NCBI GenBank assembly: GCA_007121055.1
Contig: SKMM01000081.1
Location: 1-33,004, forward strand
From: Paracoccaceae bacterium
GTDB taxonomy: Bacteria > Pseudomonadota > Alphaproteobacteria > Rhodobacterales > Rhodobacteraceae
Direction: 5' to 3'
Length of the DNA: 33,004 nt
Shown: piece after piece, positions 21,177 through 30,635 of the stretch
Layout: each line of letters starts with the position of its first letter
How positions within the stretch are numbered: position 1 is the first letter of the stretch
The notes under the pieces: generated by a model
What the model was told of the DNA's origin: nothing
Seen by the model: only the letters and a program-made list of their open reading frames with translations
The model's database searches: none
Position numbers and translations under genes: made by a program

Positions 21177-21815
21177 ATGTCGAATTCGGGCCTATTTTCG
21201 CAGCGCGACGCAGCCCTGCCCGAAGACCTGAAAGGCGCCCGCATCTGGCGCGGGGTGCTCGACGCCCCCGCCCAGGCGGCGCTGGTGGAGGACCTGCGCG
21301 AGGTCGTCCGGGCCGCCCCCCTCATCGCCCCCGTGACGCCAGGCGGACGCCCCATGTCCGTGCGCATGACCGCCGCGGGCCGCTTCGGCTGGATCACGGA
21401 CCGCCAGGGTTACCGCTACGCCGACCGCCACCCCTCGGGCGCCCCTTGGCCGTCGATCCCGGCTGCAGTGCTGCGGATCTGGGAGGCCGTCGCCGATTGC
21501 CCCCGCGCCCCCGAGTGCTGCCTGATCAACTTCTACGGCGAGGGCGCCCGCATGGGCCTGCACCAGGACCGCGACGAGGCCGATTTTTCCTGCCCGGTCG
21601 TCTCCATCAGTCTCGGCGACCCCGGCCTGTTCCGCGTGGGCGAAACCCAGCGCGGGGGCCGCACCACCTCCAGCTGGCTGACGTCCGGCGACGTCGCGAT
21701 CCTGGCCGGCCCCGCGCGGCTCGCCTGGCACGGGGTCGACCGCATCCGCTTCGGCGAAAGCGGGCTCCTGCCGCAGGGCGGGCGCCTCAATCTGACGCTG
21801 CGCGTGGTCACCTGA
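21177..21815 (+). CDS. alkB: Alpha-ketoglutarate-dependent dioxygenase AlkB
   Basis: TPGGRPMSVRMT..G..GW..DR.GYRY, CLINFY..GARMGLHQD, WHGV and RLNLTLR (HxD...H and RxNxTxR motifs). Confidence 0.93.
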   Translation: MSNSGLFSQRDAALPEDLKGARIWRGVLDAPAQAALVEDLREVVRAAPLIAPVTPGGRPMSVRMTAAGRFGWITDRQGYRYADRHPSGAPWPSIPAAVLRIWEAVADCPRAPECCLINFYGEGARMGLHQDRDEADFSCPVVSISLGDPGLFRVGETQRGGRTTSSWLTSGDVAILAGPARLAWHGVDRIRFGESGLLPQGGRLNLTLRVVT

Positions 21816-21896
21816 GGCCGGGCACCCAGGCGCACCCGCCCGACCGTGTCCCGCTCCACCAAGTCACGCCAGGGCGCCTGCGCGACTGTCCGACCC

Positions 21897-22856
21897 TCAC
21901 AACCGCTCGAGAGAACAGCCCGGCGCAAAGCGCTCGGTGTCCTCCAGACTGCACAGCTCGGTGCCCGGCGTCGTCACAGCCGCCGCCGCCGCCGCCGTCC
22001 CCTGCCGCAGCGCCACCTCCCAGTCGGCATCCCGCGCGAGTTCCAGCGTGAAGGCGCCCATGAAGCTGTCGCCCGCCCCCACCTTGCTCAGCACCTCCAC
22101 CACCGGCGGGCGGCAATGCAGCCGCAGCCCGTCACGCACCAGCACATTGCCATCGGCACCGCGCGCGATCACCACCGTCTCGGCCACGCCGCGCGCCACC
22201 AACGCCGCGGCAAAATCCGCGGTGTCGCCGGGCTCGGGCAGGCGGCGCCCGGCCACGCCCTCGGCCTCCACATCATCCATGCGCAGCACCTTCGGCGGAT
22301 GCCCAGGGTCGGGCACATCCACAAGCCGGTCCAGCGGCGCGCCCGAGGTGTCCACGATCAGCATCGCCCCCGGCCCCGCCAGCCGGCGCGCCAGCCGGGT
22401 GGGAAAGTCGTCCGACACCCCCGGCGGCTGGCTGCCGCTCAGCACCACAACCCCACCCGAGCGCACCACCGCCTCGATCGCCGCCAGCGCCTTGCGGGCG
22501 CGCCCCGCGGGCCACACCTCGCCCGGCAGAACGAAGCGGTATTCGAGGCCGGTCTCGGACTCCTGAACCGACAGGGAATGCCGTGTCTCGCCCGGCGCCT
22601 CGAAGGCGTGCAGCCGCACCCCTTCATGCTCCAGCAGCCAGCTCAACTGTGCGCCCATCGCCCCGCCCAGCGCGACGAAGGCCTGTGCCCGGCCGCCCAG
22701 CCGGCCGATGGCGCGCGCCACGTTGATGCCGCCTCCGCCGGGGTCGCTGCGCGGCCTGGACAGGCGCAGCTTCGGGCCGGGCTCGACCCGATCCACCTCC
22801 GCCGCCACATCGACGGCTGGGTTCAACGTGACGGTGAGGATCGCGCGCTGGGCCAT
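21897..22856 (-). CDS. PfkB-family 1-phosphofructokinase-type sugar kinase
   Basis: ILTVTLNPAVD, PGGGGINVAR, LSGS.PPG and VGAGDSF motifs. Confidence 0.92.
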   Translation of the reverse strand: MAQRAILTVTLNPAVDVAAEVDRVEPGPKLRLSRPRSDPGGGGINVARAIGRLGGRAQAFVALGGAMGAQLSWLLEHEGVRLHAFEAPGETRHSLSVQESETGLEYRFVLPGEVWPAGRARKALAAIEAVVRSGGVVVLSGSQPPGVSDDFPTRLARRLAGPGAMLIVDTSGAPLDRLVDVPDPGHPPKVLRMDDVEAEGVAGRRLPEPGDTADFAAALVARGVAETVVIARGADGNVLVRDGLRLHCRPPVVEVLSKVGAGDSFMGAFTLELARDADWEVALRQGTAAAAAAVTTPGTELCSLEDTERFAPGCSLERL

Positions 22857-23083
22857 GGGTTCTCCGTGATGCCGGGCATGCGGGACGGATGCCAGGCTAC
22901 CGACCCGGCGTCCGGCCCAGATACTGGCCGGCGCGGCGCGCCATGCAACCCCCCGCGGCCGGACCGAGGCGTGGGTCGGGCGGCCCCTGTGCGATCCTGC
23001 ACAAGATCCTTGCGGCGCTGCCCGATGCGCCCGGCGCCGCGCCGGTCCATCTGCTGCAGAGGACCCAACACCCGGAGACCCCC

Positions 23084-23698
23084 ATGCAGCCCAAGATCGC
23101 CATCGTGTTCTACTCCACCTACGGCACCAACCACGCCATGGCCGAAGCCGCGGCCGAGGCCGCCCGCGCCGCCGGGGCCGAGGTCCGCCTTCGTCGCGTG
23201 GCCGAAACCGCCCCGCCCGAGGTCGTGGCCGGTCAGGAGGCCTGGGCCGCCCAGGCCGAGAAGACGGCCCACATCCCGCAGGCCACGCCGGACGACATCG
23301 CCTGGGCCGACGGCTGGTTTTTCATCTCCCCCACCCGTTTTGGCAGCGTTGCCAGCCAGATGCGTGCCTTCCTCGACACGCTGGGCCCTCTCTGGCAGGA
23401 GGGGCGGCTCGCCGACCGGGCGGTGACCGCCGCGACATCGGCGATGCAGCCCCACGGCGGGCAGGAGGCCACACTGCTGGGCCTCTACCCCACCTTCATG
23501 CACTGGGGCGCGGTAATCGTGGCGCCGGGCTACACTGACGGGTCGATCTTCGAGTCCGGCGGTAACCCCTATGGCTACAGCCACACCGCCGGCCCACTGG
23601 ACGACAAGGCCCGCGCCGCGCTGTCCCACCAGGCCCGCCGCCTTGTGCAGATGTCCCGCGCCATCGCGTCGGATCGGGCCCACGCAGCCGCGGCCTGA
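23084..23698 (+). CDS. wrbA: NAD(P)H:quinone oxidoreductase, WrbA family flavoprotein
   Basis: IVFYSTYG, SPTRFG, HGGQEATL and GGNPYG; GGAG RBS before ATG 23084. Confidence 0.92.
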   Translation: MQPKIAIVFYSTYGTNHAMAEAAAEAARAAGAEVRLRRVAETAPPEVVAGQEAWAAQAEKTAHIPQATPDDIAWADGWFFISPTRFGSVASQMRAFLDTLGPLWQEGRLADRAVTAATSAMQPHGGQEATLLGLYPTFMHWGAVIVAPGYTDGSIFESGGNPYGYSHTAGPLDDKARAALSHQARRLVQMSRAIASDRAHAAAA

Positions 23699-23715
23699 CC
23701 ACGCCGCGCACAGCA

Positions 23716-23743
23716 TTGGCGTCGCCCCCAAGGGGCGGCGCCA
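23716..23743 (+). terminator. Stem-loop downstream of wrbA
   Basis: tggcgtcgcccc-caa-ggggcggcgcca inverted repeat about 18 nt after the stop; no U-tract. Confidence 0.45.
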
Positions 23744-23913
23744 CGCCTCCAAGGCTGCGTCGACAGCCCCCTGGGGATGCCACCCCGGACCCTGCCCGGA
23801 CCCTCCGCCGCGCCCCCCGACAGCCTGCGTCGATATCCCCGGCGCGGGGCGGTTGGTGCTGGAAGGATCGCCGGTCGATCCCTATACTCGTGAGGCAAGA
23901 AGGGAACCGGACG

Positions 23914-23997
23914 ATGGCCTCGGCGGGACTGCGAAGACTGGCGTTTGTTCTTCTTGTCGGGCTGGTGATTTACGTCGCCGTGTCAGGATCGCCATAA
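23914..23997 (+). CDS. Small 27-aa single-pass membrane peptide
   Basis: MASAGLRRLAFVLLVGLVIYVAVSGSP; AAGGGA RBS; basic N-terminus plus a hydrophobic helix; first ORF after a promoter-like element. Confidence 0.6.
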   Translation: MASAGLRRLAFVLLVGLVIYVAVSGSP

Positions 23998-24066
23998 CGA
24001 GTGGCGGCAGAGGTCTGCAACGCGGCGCCTGGCGCGGGCCGGGGCCGGCTGGGAAGGGGTGTGCGG

Positions 24067-24927
24067 ATGGCACCGCGGGTTGGCGACGATCCATTGCGCC
24101 CGGCAGCGGCCGTGACCGACTGGACCGCGCGCCGCCCCAGCCGGGTAGGCACCCGCTCCAACCTGCTGTTCCTGCTTCCAATTCCCTTTCTGGTCCAGGC
24201 CATTGGGGCATCCCCCGAGTTCATGGTGACAAAACTCGCAGCCTCCGCCCTGCTCCTGGCCGCGGCCTGGCTCACGCGCGAGGGACTGCGCGCCGAGGAG
24301 GCCTGGGAAGCCCGCCCCATCGCCCGCCCGCCAGCGCTGCCGCGCAAGGGGCTGGGCGCTGGTGCAATGGGCCTCGGTGTGGCGCTGGCGGCACTGGGCG
24401 GGGGGCCGGTCGCGCTGGTGCTGGGGGCGCTGGCGGGGGGGCTGCACCTGGCCGCCTTCGGCGTCGATCCGATGCGCGACCGGACCGGAGGAATGGCGGA
24501 TCTGGAGGCGCTGCAGGCCGACCGGGTGGTGCGCGCGGTGGACAGCGCCGACCGCCCGCTGGCCGAGATGGCGGTCGCCATCTCCCGGCTCGGCGACCGA
24601 AGCCTCATGGACCGGGTTGCGCGATTCCAGTCGGGCGTGCGCGACATGGCCCGGGCGCTGGAACAGGACCCCCGCGGCCTTGTCGCGGCGCGGCGGTACC
24701 TGAGCGTCTACCTCGTGGGAGCGCGCGACGCGACGGTGCAGTTTGCCGACCTCTACGCCCGCAGCCCCGACCCCGCCCTGCGCGACCGGTTCGAAGCGCT
24801 GCTCGACGATCTGGACCGCAGCTACGGGGCGCGGACCGAAGCCCTGCGGGCGGGCGACCGCGCCGCGCTCGACATCGAGATGGACGTGTTGCGCGACCGC
24901 CTGGCGCGCGAAGGGCTGCGCCCCTAG
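24067..24927 (+). CDS. XpaC-like (5-bromo-4-chloroindolyl phosphate hydrolysis family) membrane protein
   Basis: Several N-terminal TM segments, then EQDPRGLVAARRYLSVYLVGARDATVQFADLY...LDIEMDVLRDRL; directly upstream of telA, as is usual for this family. Confidence 0.82.
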   Translation: MAPRVGDDPLRPAAAVTDWTARRPSRVGTRSNLLFLLPIPFLVQAIGASPEFMVTKLAASALLLAAAWLTREGLRAEEAWEARPIARPPALPRKGLGAGAMGLGVALAALGGGPVALVLGALAGGLHLAAFGVDPMRDRTGGMADLEALQADRVVRAVDSADRPLAEMAVAISRLGDRSLMDRVARFQSGVRDMARALEQDPRGLVAARRYLSVYLVGARDATVQFADLYARSPDPALRDRFEALLDDLDRSYGARTEALRAGDRAALDIEMDVLRDRLAREGLRP

Positions 24928-24980
24928 GACGCCTGACACCCCGGGCGGTCCCCGGCCCCACCCAGCGAAAGGATGCCCCC

Positions 24981-26144
24981 ATGGCCGAAGAGGTGCGACG
25001 CAAGGCGGCCGAAGCGCAGGCCGAGATCGACGCGCTGGCGGCACGCCCCCTGCCCGACCCTGCTGCCGAGCTTGCCGCGCCCGACACGGCGGACCTCGCC
25101 AAGGGCGACCCCGCCACGGCCGAGGCCGTGCGCCGACGAGCCGCCGAGATCGACCTCGCCGACAGCGCCACCATCCTCGGCTTCGGCGCCGGTGCCCAGT
25201 CCGAACTGCAGTCGATCAGCCAGTCCATGCTGGCCGATGTCCGCGCCAAGGACCTCGGCCCGGCCGGCGACAGCCTCTCGGAAATCGTCTCGGCCCTGCG
25301 CGGCTTCTCAGCCGCCGAACTCGACACCCGCCGCGACCGGACCCTGTGGGAACGCCTGACCGGCCGCGCCGCCCCGTTCGCCCGCACCCTGGCGCGGTTC
25401 GAGACGGTGCAGGGCCAGATCGACGACATCACCGACCGGCTGCTGGGCCACGAACACAAGCTCCTGAAGGACATCAAGGGGCTGGACCGGCTCTACGAAA
25501 AAACGCTCGAGTTCTACCGCGAACTCGCCCTCTACATCGCCGCCGGCGCGACGCGACTGCAGGAGCTGGACGCCGAGACGATCCCCGCCATGGAGGCCCG
25601 CGTCGCCGAGGCCGCGCCCGACGACCAGGTCATGCGCGCCCAGGAACTGCGCGACCTGCGCGCCGCCCGCGACGACCTTGAACGCCGCGTGCATGACCTG
25701 CGCCTGACCAGGCAAGTGACGATGCAGGCCCTGCCCTCGCTGCGGCTGGTGCAGGAAAACGACAAGAGCCTCGTCAGCCGGATCAATTCGACTCTCGTCA
25801 ACACCGTCCCGCTGTGGGAAACCCAGCTTGCCCAGGCCCTGACCATCCAGCGCTCGCGCGAGGCCGCGCAGGCGGTGCGCAAGGCCGCCGACCTGACCAA
25901 CGAGCTCCTTACCGCCAATGCCGAGAACCTGCGCGAAGCCAACCGCACCGTGCGCGAGGAGGCCGAGCGCGGCGTCTTCGACATCGCCGCCGTGACGAAG
26001 GCCAACGAGATGCTGATCGCGACCATCGAGGACAGCCTGACGCTGGCCGAGACCGGCAAGGTGCGCAGGGCCGAGGCCGAACAGGCGCTGGTCAAGCTGG
26101 AGGCCGATCTGCGCGACACGCTGGCCGCGGCGCGGTCCCGGTGA
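24981..26144 (+). CDS. telA: Toxic anion resistance protein (TelA family)
   Basis: ILGFGAGAQ, KDLGPAGDSL, LALYIAAG, LERRVHDLRLTRQVTMQALPSLRLVQENDKSLV.RINSTLVNTVPLW; AAAGGA RBS. Confidence 0.92.
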   Translation: MAEEVRRKAAEAQAEIDALAARPLPDPAAELAAPDTADLAKGDPATAEAVRRRAAEIDLADSATILGFGAGAQSELQSISQSMLADVRAKDLGPAGDSLSEIVSALRGFSAAELDTRRDRTLWERLTGRAAPFARTLARFETVQGQIDDITDRLLGHEHKLLKDIKGLDRLYEKTLEFYRELALYIAAGATRLQELDAETIPAMEARVAEAAPDDQVMRAQELRDLRAARDDLERRVHDLRLTRQVTMQALPSLRLVQENDKSLVSRINSTLVNTVPLWETQLAQALTIQRSREAAQAVRKAADLTNELLTANAENLREANRTVREEAERGVFDIAAVTKANEMLIATIEDSLTLAETGKVRRAEAEQALVKLEADLRDTLAAARSR

Positions 26145-26184
26145 CGTTTGTTGCGGCGGAGGCAGGCGGGTGAGGGCTGAGGCG

Positions 26185-27135
26185 ATGACAGGCCGGTCAC
26201 TACGGCTCTGGTTGGCCTGTGTCGGCCTTGCGGCGGCGGGCTGCGCCCCCTTGGCCGCGCCTGATCCCACACCGGCACCGCCGACGTCGCGACCATCAGC
26301 CCCCGCCGAAGCCCCGCCCCCCAGCGCCGAGAGCCAGCGCATCCGCGCCCATTTCGCCCGTAACGAAGCTATGCTGCGCGGCCGCGGCATGATGCGTACC
26401 GACACCAACCCCGCCGATGTGCCCTTCGGCGTGACGACCCTTGTGCGCAACTTCGACCGCATCGCCCTGCGCGACGAATACGTCATCGACCGCGGCCGCC
26501 TGGTCGCGCGCGAAACCGAGTCCCGCCTGCGCCGCTGGCAGTCTCCGGTGCGCATGGGTCTGGAGTTCGGCCCCGCCGTCCCGCCCGCACAGCGCGCCGC
26601 CGACACCGCCACCGTGCGCTCCCTCGCCGCCCGGCTGGCGCGCGTCACCGGTCACCCCATCACCGTGACCGACCGCATCGAGGACGCCAATTTCCGCATC
26701 CTCGTGCTGACCGAAGAGGAACGCCGCGCCAGCGCCCCGCGCCTGCGCAACCTGCTGCCCGGCATCGACCCCCTGTCGCTGGACACGATCACCGGCCTGC
26801 CCCTCTCGGCCTCCTGCCTCGTGGTGGCCTTCGCCGGCCAGGGCAGTTGGGTCTACAGCCAGGCGGTGGCGGTGATCCGGGCCGAACTGCCCGAGCTGAC
26901 CCGAACCTCCTGCTTCCACGAGGAGCTTGCCCAGGGGCTCGGCCTGCCCAATGACAGCGACGCCGCGCGGCCGTCGATCTTCAACGACACGCAGGAGTTC
27001 GCGGTGCTGACCCGCCATGATGAACTGCTGCTGCGCATCCTCTACGACCCCCGCCTGCGCCCCGGCATGACCCCGGTCCAGGCCCGCCCCATCGTCGAGG
27101 CCATTGCCGTGGAACTGCTGGGCGGCGAGGCATGA
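26185..27135 (+). CDS. DUF2927-family lipoprotein
   Basis: Lipobox AAGC, Pro-rich linker, LRRWQSPV and CFHEELAQGLGLPNDS..ARPSIFND..EFAVLT.HDELLLRILYDPRL.PGM. Confidence 0.85.
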   Translation: MTGRSLRLWLACVGLAAAGCAPLAAPDPTPAPPTSRPSAPAEAPPPSAESQRIRAHFARNEAMLRGRGMMRTDTNPADVPFGVTTLVRNFDRIALRDEYVIDRGRLVARETESRLRRWQSPVRMGLEFGPAVPPAQRAADTATVRSLAARLARVTGHPITVTDRIEDANFRILVLTEEERRASAPRLRNLLPGIDPLSLDTITGLPLSASCLVVAFAGQGSWVYSQAVAVIRAELPELTRTSCFHEELAQGLGLPNDSDAARPSIFNDTQEFAVLTRHDELLLRILYDPRLRPGMTPVQARPIVEAIAVELLGGEA

Positions 27136-27175
27136 GGCTGCCCTGCGGCCACCGGTCAAGCGCCGTCGGATCGGC

Positions 27176-27994
27176 ATGATGCTGCGTTTCTCGGCCAATC
27201 TCGGCTATCTGTTCACAGACCGCCCGTTGCCGCAGGCGATCCGGGCCGCCGCCGAGGCCGGGTTCGACGCGGTGGAGTGCCATTTTCCCTATGCAACTCC
27301 GTCGGCGGAGGTGACCGCCGCGCTGGCCGAAACGGGCCTGCCGCTCATCGCGCTCAACACCGAGCCCGGCGACCGCGCAGCCGGCGAGTTCGGGCTTGCC
27401 GCTCTGCCCGGCCGTGAAGACCATGCCCGCGCCGCCATCGTGCGGGCGGTCGACTACGCCGTCGCGACCGGGGCGGGAGCGGTGCATGTGATGGCCGGTG
27501 TCACCGATGACCCCCGCGCCGGCGCCACCTTCGCCGAAAACCTGCGCTTCGCCTGCGACCGCGCCGCCCACCACGGCCTCACCGTGCTGATCGAGCCGCT
27601 CAACCCCCGCGACGTGCCGGGCTATCACCTGCAGGACGCAGGCCACGCCGCGCGGCTCATCGCCGATCTGGCGCGCGACAACCTCAGGCTCATGTTCGAC
27701 TGCTACCATCTGCAGATCATCGGCGGCGATCTGTCGATGGGCTTCCGCGCGCTGCGTCCGCTGATCGGGCATGTGCAGTTCGCGAGCGTGCCCGACCGTG
27801 GCGATCCCGACCGCGGCGAGGTCGCCTATGACTGGCTGCTGCCGCGGCTGGCCGCCGAGGGCTGGCAGACCCCCTTCGGCGCCGAGTACCGCCCCTCGTC
27901 CGGCCGCACCGAAGACAGCCTCGGCTGGCTACGGCGCTGGAAGGGGGGCGTAGAGCCCCGGTCCGCCACCGGACCGGGGCTCGGGGATCAATAG
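27176..27994 (+). CDS. hyi: Hydroxypyruvate isomerase family protein (xylose-isomerase-like TIM barrel)
   Basis: [53 protein letters not shown] and GAEYRP. Confidence 0.88.
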   Translation: MMLRFSANLGYLFTDRPLPQAIRAAAEAGFDAVECHFPYATPSAEVTAALAETGLPLIALNTEPGDRAAGEFGLAALPGREDHARAAIVRAVDYAVATGAGAVHVMAGVTDDPRAGATFAENLRFACDRAAHHGLTVLIEPLNPRDVPGYHLQDAGHAARLIADLARDNLRLMFDCYHLQIIGGDLSMGFRALRPLIGHVQFASVPDRGDPDRGEVAYDWLLPRLAAEGWQTPFGAEYRPSSGRTEDSLGWLRRWKGGVEPRSATGPGLGDQ

Positions 27995-29382
27995 CGGTAC
28001 TGTTCGGGCTTGAACGGCCCCTGCGGCGCCACACCGATATAGTCGGCCTGGTCGTCCGACAGTTCCGTCAGCTTCACGCCAATCTTGGCCAGATGCAGCC
28101 GCGCGACCTTCTCGTCGAGGTGCTTGGGCAGGACATAGACCTTGTTCTCGTAGGATTCGCCCTTGGTCCACAACTCGATCTGCGCCAGCACCTGATTGGT
28201 GAAGCTGGCCGACATCACGAAGGACGGGTGCCCGGTCGCGTTGCCGAGGTTCAGCAGACGCCCCTCGGACAAGAGGATGATGCGATTGCCCGAAGGCATC
28301 TCGATCATGTCCACCTGGTCCTTGATGTTGGTCCATTTGTGGTTCTTCAGACCCGCCACCTGAATCTCGTTGTCGAAATGGCCGATGTTGCCGACGATGG
28401 CCATGTCCTTCATCTCGCGCATGTGGTCGAGGCGGATGACGTCCTTGTTGCCGGTCGCAGTGATGAAGACATCGGCCTTGGAGACGACATCCTCCAGCGT
28501 CACCACCTCGTAGCCGTCCATGGCGGCCTGCAGGGCACAGATCGGGTCGACCTCGGTCACCACGACGCGGGCGCCGGCGCCGCGCAGGCTCGCGGCCGAG
28601 CCCTTGCCCACGTCGCCGTACCCGCAGACCACCGCGACCTTGCCGGCCATCATGGTGTCGGTGGCGCGCCGGATGCCGTCCACCAGCGATTCCTTGCAGC
28701 CGTACTTGTTGTCGAATTTCGACTTGGTGACGCTGTCGTTCACGTTGATGGCCGGGAAGGGCAGATGCCCCTTCTCCATCATCTTGTAGAGGCGGTGGAC
28801 ACCGGTGGTGGTCTCCTCCGACACGCCCTTGAGCATGTGGCGCTGCTTCACGAACCAGCCCGGCGTCTCGGCCATGCGCTTGCGGATCTGGGCAAACAGC
28901 GCCTCTTCCTCCTCCGAGGTCGGGTTGGCGATGAGGTCGGTCTCTCCCTCCTCCACCCGCGCGCCGATCAGCACATAGAGCGTCGCGTCACCGCCATCGT
29001 CGAGAATCAGGTTCGCACCACCCTCCTCGAACATGAAGATCCGGTCGCAATAGTCCCAGTATTCCTCCAGCGTCTCGCCCTTGACGGCGAAGACCGGCAC
29101 GCCGGCTTCGGCAATCGCCGCCGCCGCATGGTCCTGGGTCGAGAAGATGTTGCACGAGGCCCAGCGCACCTGCGCCCCCAGCGCCACCAGCGTCTCGATC
29201 AGCACGCCGGTCTGGATCGTCATGTGCAGCGAGCCCGCGATCCGCGCGCCCTTGAGCGGCTGGCTCCCGCCGAACTCCTCGCGCAACGCCATCAGCCCGG
29301 GCATCTCGGTCTCGGCGATGGCCAGTTCCTTGCGGCCATACTCGGCCAGAGACGGGTCCTTGACGATGAAATCACGCGGCAT
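27988..29382 (-). CDS. ahcY: S-adenosyl-L-homocysteine hydrolase
   Basis: [42 protein letters not shown] and GYGDVGKG; AGGAG RBS before ATG 29382. Confidence 0.98.
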   Translation of the reverse strand: MPRDFIVKDPSLAEYGRKELAIAETEMPGLMALREEFGGSQPLKGARIAGSLHMTIQTGVLIETLVALGAQVRWASCNIFSTQDHAAAAIAEAGVPVFAVKGETLEEYWDYCDRIFMFEEGGANLILDDGGDATLYVLIGARVEEGETDLIANPTSEEEEALFAQIRKRMAETPGWFVKQRHMLKGVSEETTTGVHRLYKMMEKGHLPFPAINVNDSVTKSKFDNKYGCKESLVDGIRRATDTMMAGKVAVVCGYGDVGKGSAASLRGAGARVVVTEVDPICALQAAMDGYEVVTLEDVVSKADVFITATGNKDVIRLDHMREMKDMAIVGNIGHFDNEIQVAGLKNHKWTNIKDQVDMIEMPSGNRIILLSEGRLLNLGNATGHPSFVMSASFTNQVLAQIELWTKGESYENKVYVLPKHLDEKVARLHLAKIGVKLTELSDDQADYIGVAPQGPFKPEQYRY

Positions 29383-29418
29383 GCGCGGCGCTCCTGAGGT
29401 GAGGGACATTTGGGTGGG

Positions 29419-29447
29419 CAGATAGCACCGCACCGCCAAGGCGACAA
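29419..29447 (-). promoter_or_regulatory. Predicted sigma70 promoter of ahcY
   Basis: Minus strand TTGTCG, 17 nt, then TATCTG. Confidence 0.5.
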
Positions 29448-29515
29448 TGCGGCGCGGCAACCGGAGGACAGGTCCATGTATTATGGAGTCAGCAAATGGT
29501 GAAAAGGAGAGACCC

Positions 29516-30543
29516 ATGTCCCTGCCCAAGACCATGAAGGCTGCCGTCGTCCCCGAACTCGGCAAGCCGCTCGACATCCGCGAGGTGCCGGTCCCCGACA
29601 TCGGCCCCGGCCAGGTCCTGATCCGCGTGCGCGCCTCGGGCGTGTGCCACACTGACCTGCACGCGGCCGAAGGCGACTGGCCGGTCAAGCCCACGCCCCC
29701 CTTCATCCCTGGCCATGAAGGCGTGGGCGAGGTCGCGGCCCTCGGCCCCGGAGTCACCCACCTGAAGGAGGGCGACCGCGTGGGTGCGCCCTGGCTGCAC
29801 ACCGCCTGCGGCCGCTGCGCCCATTGCGCCGGCGGCTGGGAGACGCTGTGCGAAAGCCAGCAGAACACCGGCTATTCCGTCGATGGCGGCTATGCCGAGT
29901 ATGTCCGGGCCGACGCGAATTACGTCGGCCAACTTCCCGACGGCATCGACTTCGGCCCCGCCGCCCCGGTCCTGTGCGCCGGCGTGACCGTTTACAAGGG
30001 CCTCAAGGAACTGGAGGCCAAGCCCGGCGACTGGGTGGCCATCTCGGGGATCGGCGGCCTTGGACACATGGCCGTGCAGTATGCCAAGGCCATGGGCTTC
30101 CGCGTGGTCGCCGTCGACGTGCACGACAGCAAGCTCAAGCTCGCCCGCGACCTCGGCGCCGACCTGACCTTCCATGCGGTCGAGGACGACCCGGTGGGCG
30201 AGTTGCAGCGCCTTATGGGCGGCGTGCATGGCGTGCTCGTGACCACCGTTTCGAACTCTGCCTTCGGGCAGGCGGAGGGATGCTGCGGCGGGGCGGTTTC
30301 CTGTCGCTCAACGGCCTGCCGCCGGGGGATTTCCCGCTGCCGATCTTCGAGGTCGTGCTCAAACGCATCACCATACGCGGCTCCATCGTGGGCACCCGCA
30401 ACGACCTCGCCGAATCGCTTGCCTTCGCGGCCGAGGGCAAGGTGAAGGCCCATTTCGCGTGGGACGAGCTCGACAACATCAACGCCATCTTCGACCGGAT
30501 GCGGCAGGGCACGATCGACGGGCGCGTGGTACTTCGGATCTGA
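29516..30543 (+). pseudogene. adhP: Zinc-dependent alcohol dehydrogenase AdhP, interrupted by a 1-nt frameshift near 30275
   Basis: [14 protein letters not shown], structural Cys cluster and GIGGLG lie in one frame. The C-terminus (GMLRRGG...[12 protein letters not shown]...GSIVGTR.DL...IDGRVVLRI) lies in another. The span is 1028 nt, one short of 343 codons. Confidence 0.88.
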
Positions 30544-30574
30544 CGCCTGCCTCGGCCGCGCCGGGCCGCCGGCG

Positions 30575-30590
30575 TTAACGCCCGCTTCAC
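30575..30590 (+). promoter_or_regulatory. Candidate CtrA box upstream of fliG
   Basis: TTAA-cgcccgc-TTCAC, one mismatch to TTAA-N7-TTAAC. Confidence 0.55.
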
Positions 30591-30635
30591 CGGCATCGCG
30601 CAGTGTGCGTGCACCCCGATTGAACGAGGTTGCAG

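Noticed and set aside
23750-23840. Short direct repeats (cccggaccct x2, ctgcgtcga x2) after wrbA
   Set aside because: Too short and irregular for a CRISPR array, iterons or a MITE; expected by chance at this GC content.
23571-24980. Apparent 857-aa TelA fusion with a long N-terminal extension
   Set aside because: The extension is Arg/Pro/Gly-rich off-frame sequence overlapping wrbA and xpaC; TelA has its own RBS and ATG at 24981.
29383-29515. SAH or SAM-SAH riboswitch upstream of ahcY
   Set aside because: AGGAGCGCCGC resembles part of the SAH motif but is simply the RBS; the predicted leader is only about 30 nt and lacks the pairing partner.
29383-29868. N-terminal extension of AhcY in the 626-aa ORF
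   Set aside because: It is the antisense of adhP; the real start is ATG 29382 with an AGGAG RBS.
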